From: Clostridia bacterium
GTDB lineage: Bacteria > Bacillota > Clostridia > Christensenellales > Borkfalkiaceae
Assembly (NCBI GenBank): GCA_017467265.1
Contig: JAFTSO010000050.1
Coordinates: 11,532 to 75,531 of the forward strand
Direction of reading: 5' to 3'
Length of the DNA: 64,000 bases
In this document: piece after piece, positions 42,705-51,178 of the stretch
How positions within the stretch are numbered: position 1 is the first letter of the stretch
How the letters are laid out: every line of letters starts with the position of its first letter
Notes under the pieces: generated by a model
The model's database searches: none
Told to the model about the DNA's origin: nothing
What the model saw: only the letters and a program-made list of their open reading frames with translations
Position numbers and translations under genes: made by a program

Positions 42705-43568
42705 ATGTATCAATTATTTTGCGATTCGAACTGCGAACTTTGGCATACGACGGCCAAGGAGCTGGGACTCAACGTAATCCGTATGCCGTATATTGAAAAT
42801 GGCGAAGAGAAATTTTACGATATGGGCGAAAACACCGATTTCAAGGCGTTTTTCGACGGTATGCGTGCAGGCGGCACGCCCAAAACGGCGGCGCTCAACG
42901 AATACGCCTACACCGAATATTTCGAGCCGATCTTGGCGCGTGGCGAAGATATTTATTACATCACGTTCTCGCACCAGATGAGCGGTACGTTCAACGCGAT
43001 GAAGAACGTGATTGCACAGCTCAAAGAAAAATATCCCGACAGAGAGATCCGCTATAAGGACAGCAAGCTGATTTCGCTCGGCAGCGGTTTTGTCACCTAT
43101 TACGGCGCGCTCAAATACAAGGACGGCGCGACAATGGACGAGCTGGACAGCTATTTGGACGAGTTGATCGAGCACACGGCGACTTATTTCGTGGTCAATG
43201 ATTTGACGTATCTGCACCGCGGCGGCAGAGTGTCGGGCGTGTCCAAGGTGCTGGGCAACCTGCTGGGGATCAAGCCGATTTTGTATTTTAACGAAGAGGG
43301 CAAAATCCTGAATATCAACAAGGTAAAAGGGTTCAAAAAGGCGCTGGCGACGCTGCTTGGCTATATGAAAACCAAGGGTAGCGAGCTGGATCAATACAAG
43401 GTGTACGTCTTGCATGCGGATTGCGAAGACGACGCCAACGCGTTCATCAATATGATCAAGGCGGAATTTGGCGAGCTGGACATTCACGTGCAGCCCGTAG
43501 GGCCTGTGATCGGCGCGCATTGCGGCCCCGGTACGATCGGGCTGATCTTCCACAGCAAAGAAAAATAA
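42705..43568 (+). CDS. DegV-family fatty-acid-binding protein
   Basis: 287 aa. Blocks GTPKTAALNEYAYTEYFE, SHQMSGTFNAM, VVNDLTYLHRGGRVSG and GPVIGAHCGPGTIGL are typical of DegV. Confidence 0.85.
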   Translation: MYQLFCDSNCELWHTTAKELGLNVIRMPYIENGEEKFYDMGENTDFKAFFDGMRAGGTPKTAALNEYAYTEYFEPILARGEDIYYITFSHQMSGTFNAMKNVIAQLKEKYPDREIRYKDSKLISLGSGFVTYYGALKYKDGATMDELDSYLDELIEHTATYFVVNDLTYLHRGGRVSGVSKVLGNLLGIKPILYFNEEGKILNINKVKGFKKALATLLGYMKTKGSELDQYKVYVLHADCEDDANAFINMIKAEFGELDIHVQPVGPVIGAHCGPGTIGLIFHSKEK

Positions 43569-43589
43569 TCGCAAATGCAAGGCAAAAAA

Positions 43590-43612
43590 CGGACGGGCAA
43601 CCGCCCGTTTTT
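43590..43612 (+). terminator. Rho-independent terminator after degV
   Basis: acgggc-aacc-gcccgt followed by tttt. Confidence 0.7.
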
Positions 43613-43704
43613 CATACTAAAATCGCGGTAGGGTATTGCTTTTTTTCTACTTTTTTGCGGCGATTGCGTTTTTTCGGTTTACGGCAAAGCGGAGCGCAAA
43701 AGCA

Positions 43705-43734
43705 TTGACGGACGGGGCAAAATTATGCTACAAT
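43705..43734 (+). promoter_or_regulatory. Candidate promoter for the LRR lipoprotein gene
   Basis: TTGACG - 18 nt - TACAAT, with TGc upstream of the -10. Confidence 0.5.
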
Positions 43735-43771
43735 AAATAACGTATTTGAAGATATGAATAGGAGAAAGAAG

Positions 43772-45106
43772 ATGATAAAGACGAGAAGAATATTCTCTGT
43801 GCTGTTGGCGTTCACGCTGACCGCGGCGACGTTCGCGCTCGGCGGTTGCAATAAGGGCAACTCCACGCACAAACATAAATATAGCGCGTGGGAACGTGTC
43901 AGCGCGACGGGGAATTGTGAAGAGGATTCTTATCAGCGGATTTGTTTAGATTGCGAAAGAACGGAAACGCGCCGCGGCACGGCAGAAGACCACGTTTGGG
44001 CAACGGAATATACATATAACGAAACGGAACATTGGCTCTGCTGTACGCTGTGCAACGAAACCAAGGGCGAAAGCGGACATCAGGACGATGGATCGAGCCT
44101 TTGCAAAGATTGCGGCGGTGTGCTCCCGACGGCAGGCGTGTATTACGTTTTGTCCGAAGATGGTACGTATGCGCGTGTGACGGGGTATGACGGCGTGGAA
44201 ATGCGCGTAGTGATCAATTCGACGTACGAAGGCGTACCCGTGCAAGCAATCGACGCTGGGGCATTCGAGAATGAAAAGGGTATGACGAGGATATATTTCC
44301 CCACGACGCTCCGTTCCATCGGTGAAAACGCGTTTTACGGCTGTAAAAACCTGATGGGGGCGTTTATCCCTGCCAGCGTGACGAGTATAGGAGATAACGC
44401 GTTTAACGGCTGTATCGACGCTCTGTTCTATTGCGAAGCGGAAGAACAACCCGAGGGTTGGAGCGAGAGTTGGCGCGAGAATACCTATTATGCGTACTGG
44501 GGACGTACCCAAAGCAATATGACCGAAGTATCGCTCAAAGCGATTGCGATCGGCGAAAGTATGCTGAACGTGAACGATCTCGATCGTCGGCAGATTGTAT
44601 TCAACGAAGACGTGGGGGACGTGCGCGCGCCCGAAGGATTTTCGTTGGTGACTCGTTTTGACGCAAAGACGGAAGGTGCGTTCGCTTGGGGCAAGGGCAA
44701 GAGTGCCGTTTGGAATTATAACTTTGATGGCATGAACTTGGCGGAATATTCGGACGTATGGTTTGCGGCGAAGCTCGTCAATGCGCACTGGCAATTTATC
44801 GACGGCAAAACGCCTGTTATCATCACGCCTTGGACGTATTTTCATTTTAAGCAGCTCGGCACGAATATCTATGGGATTCGACAATGGCGCATTGAGATTT
44901 CGGTAGGCGGACAAAAATTCGTGGTATTCCAAGAACAGAGCGGCAGCTATATCGACGACGACAGACCTGCAAACAGTATTGCGCGTATGCTCTGGGACGA
45001 AGGTTTTTCCAGCGCGGATAAGACGGCGGCGCTTATTTACAGCGATTCGGACGAGCGTGCTAGCTTTTACTGCACGGAAATTCTCGGACTCAAAATGGGC
45101 TATTGA
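43772..45106 (+). CDS. Lipoprotein with Cys-rich HxW/CxxC modules, a short BspA-type LRR segment and a C-terminal domain of unknown function
   Basis: AGGAGAAAG lies upstream. Lipobox ALGGC. CLDC / CTLC / CKDC pairs. LRR units IDAGAFENEKGMTRIYFP, IGENAFYGCKNLMGAFIP and IGDNAFNGC. The ORF track starts at 43754. Confidence 0.75.
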   Translation: MIKTRRIFSVLLAFTLTAATFALGGCNKGNSTHKHKYSAWERVSATGNCEEDSYQRICLDCERTETRRGTAEDHVWATEYTYNETEHWLCCTLCNETKGESGHQDDGSSLCKDCGGVLPTAGVYYVLSEDGTYARVTGYDGVEMRVVINSTYEGVPVQAIDAGAFENEKGMTRIYFPTTLRSIGENAFYGCKNLMGAFIPASVTSIGDNAFNGCIDALFYCEAEEQPEGWSESWRENTYYAYWGRTQSNMTEVSLKAIAIGESMLNVNDLDRRQIVFNEDVGDVRAPEGFSLVTRFDAKTEGAFAWGKGKSAVWNYNFDGMNLAEYSDVWFAAKLVNAHWQFIDGKTPVIITPWTYFHFKQLGTNIYGIRQWRIEISVGGQKFVVFQEQSGSYIDDDRPANSIARMLWDEGFSSADKTAALIYSDSDERASFYCTEILGLKMGY

Positions 45107-45133
45107 TTGCAAAAATGACAATCGGGAAATAAG

Positions 45134-45162
45134 AAAACCCCGACCGAAACGGTCGGGGTTTT
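45134..45162. terminator. Bidirectional rho-independent terminator between convergent genes
   Basis: aaaa-ccccgaccg-aaa-cggtcgggg-tttt. There is an A-run on one side and a T-run on the other. Confidence 0.85.
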
Positions 45163-45176
45163 GCTATGCAAAAATA

Positions 45177-45917
45177 TCAATTTTCTGCCTTGAACTCATA
45201 ACAGGGTATAGGCTTTAACTTAAATTCGTTGATTTTGTGCAGGCGGTCGATACGTGCCTTTGTGTCCTGATCTTCGCATACGCCCGTGCGGATATATTCG
45301 TCCAAAACGGCGTACGTAAAGCCGAGGTTATCTTCGTCCGTGCGATCGGTCAGTCCGTCAGAGGGCACTTTTTCTACCAAATTTTCGGGCAAGTTCAGAT
45401 ACCGTCCGATGGCTTTTACTTCGCGCACGGTCAGCTTGCCAAGGGGGGAAAAATCGCCGGCGGCGTCGCCGTATCTCGTGGAATAGCCCACCCAGTCTTC
45501 GGACAGATTGCACGTATTCGCCACGCGCCCGTTCATCGATTGCGATAAGGCGTATAAGGTTGACATACGGATACGGGGTGGCAGATTGACGAGCGTCTGA
45601 CGGGTGAGCTCCACACCGCTCTCCATCAGCGATTGTTTCACGCCGTCCACCGCTTTTTTAATGTTGCAAACGTAAAAGGGGATACCCAGGTACGCGACGA
45701 GCTGGCGAGAGCAGTCAATATCAGGCTGCTCGCCGTTGGGCATCAGCACGCCGATCACCCGCTCTTTTCCCAGCGCTTTCACACACAGCGCGGCAACCAC
45801 GCTCGAATCCTTTCCGCCCGAAATCCCGACGACGGCGTTGCAGCCTTTGCCGTTAGTTTCGAACCAGTCGCGTATCCATTGTACCGCCTCGGCGGTCGTT
45901 TTTTGCACGTCAAACAT
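45177..45917 (-). CDS. nadE: NH3-dependent NAD+ synthetase
   Basis: PP-loop motif GISGGKDSSVVAAL. 246 aa. AAGGA lies upstream. It sits 44 nt downstream of glnN on the same strand. Confidence 0.85.
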   Translation of the reverse strand: MFDVQKTTAEAVQWIRDWFETNGKGCNAVVGISGGKDSSVVAALCVKALGKERVIGVLMPNGEQPDIDCSRQLVAYLGIPFYVCNIKKAVDGVKQSLMESGVELTRQTLVNLPPRIRMSTLYALSQSMNGRVANTCNLSEDWVGYSTRYGDAAGDFSPLGKLTVREVKAIGRYLNLPENLVEKVPSDGLTDRTDEDNLGFTYAVLDEYIRTGVCEDQDTKARIDRLHKINEFKLKPIPCYEFKAEN

Positions 45918-45961
45918 ATCGATTTTTTCCTTGTCGTTAGCTTTGCTTATCTCTTGCGAAA

Positions 45962-48052
45962 TTATACGCCGAACATCAGATCGCCGTAGGTGGGGATAGG
46001 CCAGCAGTCTGCGGAAACCAGCGTTTCCAGTACGTCCGCTTCGCTACGCAATTTTGCCATCACGGGCAAAACTTTGTCCTTATAATATACCGACTGCGCC
46101 GCTGCACCCTGCGTCTTTTCAGCAGTGGCGAGCGCCTTTTCCAGCGCTTTGAGATGCTTGTACGCCTTGGAAATACGCGCGGAAATATCCGTCAAAATCT
46201 CCGTTTCGTAGCTACAATCGAGCGTTTCGCACACCGATCTCTTGGAAATGATCGTCGCGGAAAGGAGCTGACTGTATCTGCTTGCAGCAGGCAAAATCTC
46301 TTTTTTCGCCATCTCGATCATCGTCTTTGCCTCGATGTTGATGAGTGCGCTGTAATTTTGCAACTGAATTTCTAAACGGGAGTGCATTTCGCGCTCGGTA
46401 TATACCTTGTGTGCGGTGAACAGGTCGATATTTTTTTGATCGACGAAGTGGGGGAGTGCGTCGGGGGTGGTACGCAGGTTCAAAAGACCGCGCTTTTGCG
46501 CCTCGGCGAGCCACTTATCGTCGTACCCGTTGCCGTTGAAAATGATGCGCTTGTGTTGCGTAATAACGCGCTGAATAAGGTCGTGGAGTGCGCTTTCGAA
46601 GTTTTCCGCGTTTTCCAGTTCGTCTGCGAACTGTTTCAAAATTTCCGCTACCGCCGTATTGATGACGGTGTTGGGTGCGGAAACGGACGCCGACGAGCCG
46701 AGCATACGGAACTCGAATTTGTTGCCCGTAAAGGCAAACGGTGAGGTACGGTTTCTATCGGTGGTGTCCTTGGGGAATTTCGGCATCGTATGTACGCCTA
46801 CGCGCAGGAGCTCTTTTTCCTTCGCGCCGTACGGCTGATCTTTTTCGATTGCTTCCAAAATCTCCGTCAGCTCGTCGCCGAGGAAAATGGAAACGACGGC
46901 GGGGGGCGCTTCGTGTGCGCCAAGTCGGTGATCGTTGCCTGCGGACGCTACGGAGATACGGAGCAAATCCTGATAATCGTCCACTGCCTTCAAAACGGAA
47001 CAAAGGAAGAGCAGGAATTGCGCGTTTTCACTCGGCGTATCGCCCGGCTCGAACAGGTTCATACCCGTGTTCGTCGAGATCGACCAGTTGTTATGTTTAC
47101 CGCTACCGTTCACGCCCTCGAAGGGTTTTTCGTGCAACAGACACACCATATCGTGTTTTTTTGCCAGCTTTTGCATAATTTCCATTGTCAGCTGGTTGTG
47201 ATCGGCAGCAATATTCGTCGTTGCAAAAATAGGCGCGAGTTCGTGTTGTGCAGGCGCTGCCTCGTTGTGTTCCGTCTTGGCAAGCACGCCCAATTTCCAC
47301 AGCTCTTCGTTGAGATCGTTCATAAACGCCTGTACACGGGGCTTGATCACGCCGTAATAATGGCTTTCGAGCGCTTGTCCTTTGGGGGGCGCTGCGCCAA
47401 ACAAAGTGCGCCCCGTATAGACGAGGTCCTTGCGCTTTGTAAACATCTGTTTATCGACCAAGAAATATTCCTGTTCAGGACCGACCGTCGTTTTGACGGA
47501 GGTCACGTCTTCGTTGCCAAACAGCTTGAGAACGCGGAGCGTCTGACGGTTGATTGCTTCCATCGAGCGGAGCAAGGGAGTTTTTTGATCGAGCGCGTCG
47601 CCGCTGTACGAACAAAACGCCGTGGGAATACACAGCACGCCGTCCTTGATGAACGCGTACGAAGTCGCGTCCCAAGCGGTATAGCCGCGCGCCTCGAACG
47701 TCGCGCGCAAGCCGCCCGAAGGGAAAGAAGACGCGTCCGTTTCGCCGCGGACGAGCTCCTTGCCTGAAAATTCCATAATCACGCGCCCGTCTTTGTCGGG
47801 GGAGATAAAGCTGTCGTGTTTTTCGGCGGTGATACCCGTCATCGGTTGGAACCAATGGGTAAAGTGGGTAGCCCCCAACGAAATTGCCCAGTCTTTCATT
47901 GCGTTTGCAACTTCGTTTGCCACAGACAAATTCAGGCTGCGCCCGTCTTTAATCGTGCGTTTGAGCGTGTTGTAGATGTTCTCGTCGAGCATCGACTTCA
48001 TCACTTTGTCATCGAAGACCATCGAGCCAAAATAATCGCTTACCGTTTTCAT
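45962..48052 (-). CDS. glnN: Glutamine synthetase, type III
   Basis: 696 aa from the ATG at 48052, which is preceded by AAGGAG. N-terminus MKTVSDYFGSMVFDDKVMK. Blocks HFTHWFQPMTG, GPEQEYFLVD, NEAAPAQHELAPIF and NGSGKHNNWS are typical of GSIII. The 63 extra codons in the ORF track cover the promoter/leader and look non-coding. Confidence 0.85.
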   Translation of the reverse strand: MKTVSDYFGSMVFDDKVMKSMLDENIYNTLKRTIKDGRSLNLSVANEVANAMKDWAISLGATHFTHWFQPMTGITAEKHDSFISPDKDGRVIMEFSGKELVRGETDASSFPSGGLRATFEARGYTAWDATSYAFIKDGVLCIPTAFCSYSGDALDQKTPLLRSMEAINRQTLRVLKLFGNEDVTSVKTTVGPEQEYFLVDKQMFTKRKDLVYTGRTLFGAAPPKGQALESHYYGVIKPRVQAFMNDLNEELWKLGVLAKTEHNEAAPAQHELAPIFATTNIAADHNQLTMEIMQKLAKKHDMVCLLHEKPFEGVNGSGKHNNWSISTNTGMNLFEPGDTPSENAQFLLFLCSVLKAVDDYQDLLRISVASAGNDHRLGAHEAPPAVVSIFLGDELTEILEAIEKDQPYGAKEKELLRVGVHTMPKFPKDTTDRNRTSPFAFTGNKFEFRMLGSSASVSAPNTVINTAVAEILKQFADELENAENFESALHDLIQRVITQHKRIIFNGNGYDDKWLAEAQKRGLLNLRTTPDALPHFVDQKNIDLFTAHKVYTEREMHSRLEIQLQNYSALINIEAKTMIEMAKKEILPAASRYSQLLSATIISKRSVCETLDCSYETEILTDISARISKAYKHLKALEKALATAEKTQGAAAQSVYYKDKVLPVMAKLRSEADVLETLVSADCWPIPTYGDLMFGV

Positions 48053-48102
48053 AGCGTTCTCCTTATGCTCGTTTTCGCTGTCGAAAACGAAGGTAAATAA
48101 CG

Positions 48103-48149
48103 AAAAAAGGCAAAGGCAACAGGGTTTTAGACCTTGTAGCACCTTTGCC
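48103..48149 (-). terminator. Terminator-type hairpin with a U-run inside the glnN 5' leader (candidate attenuator)
   Basis: Minus-strand sequence ggcaaagg-(25 nt, partly self-paired)-cctttgcc followed by tttttt. It starts ~10 nt after the predicted TSS. A second perfect 8-bp hairpin (48070-48089) sits just upstream of the SD. Confidence 0.55.
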
Positions 48150-48161
48150 GTCGATGGTTTT

Positions 48162-48190
48162 ATTATACCCCTTTTGATGGGCTTTGTCAA
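48162..48190 (-). promoter_or_regulatory. Consensus sigma-A promoter for glnN-nadE
   Basis: Minus strand TTGACA - 17 nt - TATAAT (both hexamers perfect). Confidence 0.7.
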
Positions 48191-48349
48191 CGGTTTGAAC
48201 GGCGTTTCCCGTAAAAATACGGGTGGAACTTGGCTCGGCACGGGACATTTGCACTATAATCTTCGTTCGCCTTGCGCAAAACGTTTTACTTTTTTTGAAA
48301 AAAGTATTATAATACTTTTGATAAAGTGTTAGACAAGGAGTGCTTTTTT

Positions 48350-50356
48350 ATGGCAAAGAAACCTTATTACATCACGACGGCGATTGCATACACGTCGGGC
48401 AAACCCCACATCGGGAACACCTACGAGGCGATTTTGGCGGACGCGATCGCGCGTTTTAAGCGCAAGGAGGGCTACGACGTGTTCTTCCAAACGGGCACGG
48501 ACGAGCACGGTCAAAAGATTCAGGAAAAAGCGCAGGCGGCAGGGCTTACGCCGCAGGCGTTCGTCGATAACGTGGCAGGCGAGATCAAGGGCATTTGGGA
48601 TCTCGTCAATACTTCGTACGATAAATTTATGCGTACGACCGATCCGTATCACGTGAAACAGGTTTCGAAAATATTCAAAAAACTCTACGACCAGGGGGAT
48701 ATTTACAAGGGGTATTACGAAGGTATGTATTGTACCCCTTGCGAATCGTTCTGGACGGAGAGCCAGCTCGTCGATGGCAAATGCCCCGATTGCGGCAGGG
48801 ACGTAAAGCCTGCCAAGGAAGAGGCGTACTTCTTTAAAATGGGCAAATATGCCGATAGGTTGATCGAGCATATCAACACCCACCCCGAATTTATCCAGCC
48901 CGTTTCGCGTAAGAACGAAATGATGAACAACTTCCGTTTGAAAGGATTGCAGGATCTTTGCGTGTCGCGTACTTCGTTCTCGTGGGGGATTCCTGTCGAG
49001 TTCGACGAAAGACACGTCGTTTACGTTTGGATGGACGCGCTGACGAACTATATCACGGGGATCGGGTTTGACGCAGACGGTAATCACGACGATAAATATA
49101 AAAAATACTGGCCTGCCGATCTGCACCTGATCGGTAAGGACATTTTGCGTTTCCACACGATCTACTGGCCCATTTTCCTGATGGCGCTCGGCGAACCTTT
49201 GCCCAAACAGGTGTTCGGGCATCCTTGGCTGTTGCAGGGCGATGGCAAAATGAGCAAATCGAAAGGCAACGTGATCTACGCGGACGATTTGGCACGCCTT
49301 TTCGGCGTGGATGCGGTGCGCTATTTCGTGCTCCACGAAATGCCGTTCGATAACGACGGGCAGATCACTTGGGAGCTCGTCACCGAGCGTTTCAATACCG
49401 AGCTTGCCAACGTTTTGGGCAACCTTGTCAACCGTACGATCGCGATGATTGAAAAATATTTCGGCGGTACGGTCGTAAAATCCTTGGCGGCAAACGAACA
49501 AGACCCTGACGCAGAGTTCAAGGCGACGGTGACGGGTGTTGCGGCAAAGGTGCAGGCGAAAGCGGACGAATTGCGTATCGCGGACGCGATTACAGAGATT
49601 TTCGCGCTCTTTAGAAGAGCGAATAAATATATCGACGAAACGATGCCTTGGGCGCTTGCCAAAGACGAGAGCAAAAAGGCGCGCTTGAACGATGTGTTGT
49701 ACAATCTTGCCGAGGCAATCCAGATCGGCGCGTCGCTGTTGGATAGCTTTATGCCCGATACGAGCGCGAAGATTTTGGCGGCGTACGGTGGGGAAAGCAG
49801 AACGCTGGAAGATTGCGGCGCGTTCGGGCTGCGTGACAGCGTGACGGTGACGGCGATTCCGCCCCTGTTTGCGCGTATCGATTTTAAGACGCTCGTGCCA
49901 GAGATTGAAAAGATCCAAAAGGAGCAGGCGGCGGCGTATGCGGCGGAAATGGCAAAGACTGCACCCGTAGAAAAGAAAGAAGAAAAGAAAGCGGACGTGG
50001 CAGCGGAAACGACGGACGAGAACGCCGTACCCGAAATTACCTTTGACGATTTTATGAAGGTGCAGCTGCGCGTGGGCGAGATTATTGCTTGCGAGCCCGT
50101 TCCGAAATCGAACAAGCTCTTAAAAGAAACGGTGAAATTCGGGGATGAAGTCCGCACGATCGTTTCGGGGATTGCAAAGCATTACAAGCCCGAAGAAATG
50201 GTGGGCAAGAAAGTGGTGTTCGTCACCAACCTTGCGCCCAGAAAGGTATGCGGCATTGTGTCCGAGGGTATGATTATGGCGGCGGAAGACGAAGACGGAA
50301 CGCTGTCGCTTATCGTGCCCGATAAGGATATCAAGAGCGGCGCGAACCTTGGCTAA
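48350..50356 (+). CDS. metG: Methionyl-tRNA synthetase with a C-terminal tRNA-binding (EMAP/Trbp111-like) domain
   Basis: HIGN motif (GKPHIGNTYE), KMSKS, zinc knuckle CTPCESF...CPDCG, and C-terminal FMKVQLRVGEIIACEPVPKSNKLL. AAGGAG lies upstream of the ATG at 48350. Confidence 0.9.
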   Translation: MAKKPYYITTAIAYTSGKPHIGNTYEAILADAIARFKRKEGYDVFFQTGTDEHGQKIQEKAQAAGLTPQAFVDNVAGEIKGIWDLVNTSYDKFMRTTDPYHVKQVSKIFKKLYDQGDIYKGYYEGMYCTPCESFWTESQLVDGKCPDCGRDVKPAKEEAYFFKMGKYADRLIEHINTHPEFIQPVSRKNEMMNNFRLKGLQDLCVSRTSFSWGIPVEFDERHVVYVWMDALTNYITGIGFDADGNHDDKYKKYWPADLHLIGKDILRFHTIYWPIFLMALGEPLPKQVFGHPWLLQGDGKMSKSKGNVIYADDLARLFGVDAVRYFVLHEMPFDNDGQITWELVTERFNTELANVLGNLVNRTIAMIEKYFGGTVVKSLAANEQDPDAEFKATVTGVAAKVQAKADELRIADAITEIFALFRRANKYIDETMPWALAKDESKKARLNDVLYNLAEAIQIGASLLDSFMPDTSAKILAAYGGESRTLEDCGAFGLRDSVTVTAIPPLFARIDFKTLVPEIEKIQKEQAAAYAAEMAKTAPVEKKEEKKADVAAETTDENAVPEITFDDFMKVQLRVGEIIACEPVPKSNKLLKETVKFGDEVRTIVSGIAKHYKPEEMVGKKVVFVTNLAPRKVCGIVSEGMIMAAEDEDGTLSLIVPDKDIKSGANLG

Positions 50357-50388
50357 TCGAGCCGCATAACGGCAAAAAGAGCGGATTT

Positions 50389-51174
50389 ATGTATATTGAT
50401 ATTCATTGTCACCTGACGGGTGACGAATATGAGGAGATCGGCGGCACGGACGGCGCGATTGCCCGTGCACGTAAAAACGGCGTGGGACGTATCGTGTGTT
50501 CGGGGTTTGATTTACAATCTTCGTATATCGCGGCGGATCTTTCCGCGCGGCACGACGACGTGTATTTTTCGGCAGGGTTTCACCCCAGCGAGTTGAAAAA
50601 ATATCAGGACGGCGATTTGGAAAAACTCCGCGCGCTGTGCAAAAACGAAAAATGTATTGCCGTGGGAGAGATCGGGCTCGATTATCATTTCGACGACAAC
50701 CCTGCTCCTGAAACGCAAAGGGATTTGTTTATCCGCCAAATGGAGTTGGCGGACGAAGTAGGCTTACCCGTGGTCTTGCACAGCCGCGACGCGGCGGCGG
50801 AAACGTTGCAGATTTTGCAATCACATACGCAGCTCTTAAAACGGGGCGGCTTGATGCATTGTTATTCGTATTCGCCTGAAATGGTAGCGGATTTTGCGGC
50901 GCTGGGGCTGTATTTTTCCTTTGGTGGGCCTTCGACGTTCAAAAACGCGAAAAAGGTATGGGAGAGCGTTCAACGCGTACCGTATGACCGCATTTTGTCA
51001 GAAACGGATTGCCCGTATTTAACGCCCGTGCCCTTCCGCGGCACGTTTCCCAACGAGCCGAAAAACGTGAAGTATATCGTCGAAAATTTGGCGTTGCTTC
51101 GCAACGAAAACGAAAAGGAGCTGAAAAAACAAATTCTCGATAACGCGAGAAGACTGTTTTTCAGATTGAAATGA
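50389..51174 (+). CDS. TatD-family metal-dependent hydrolase (DNase-like)
   Basis: MYIDIHCHL start, GEIGLDYHF, VVLHSRDA and ETDCPYLTPVPFRG motifs. Confidence 0.9.
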   Translation: MYIDIHCHLTGDEYEEIGGTDGAIARARKNGVGRIVCSGFDLQSSYIAADLSARHDDVYFSAGFHPSELKKYQDGDLEKLRALCKNEKCIAVGEIGLDYHFDDNPAPETQRDLFIRQMELADEVGLPVVLHSRDAAAETLQILQSHTQLLKRGGLMHCYSYSPEMVADFAALGLYFSFGGPSTFKNAKKVWESVQRVPYDRILSETDCPYLTPVPFRGTFPNEPKNVKYIVENLALLRNENEKELKKQILDNARRLFFRLK

Positions 51175-51178
51175 TCGT

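Noticed and set aside
48053-48241. 63-codon N-terminal extension of the glutamine synthetase ORF (track start 48241).
   Set aside because: The extension covers a perfect promoter and a terminator-type hairpin, and translates to a non-GS-like sequence. The internal ATG at 48052 has an AAGGAG SD and gives the typical GSIII N-terminus.
48241-48349. A T-box or other leader upstream of metG.
   Set aside because: Only ~160 nt separate the divergent glnN promoter from the metG ATG. No terminator/antiterminator pair or T-box consensus is present. A weak promoter-like TATAAT at 48308-48313 leaves a leader of only ~35 nt.
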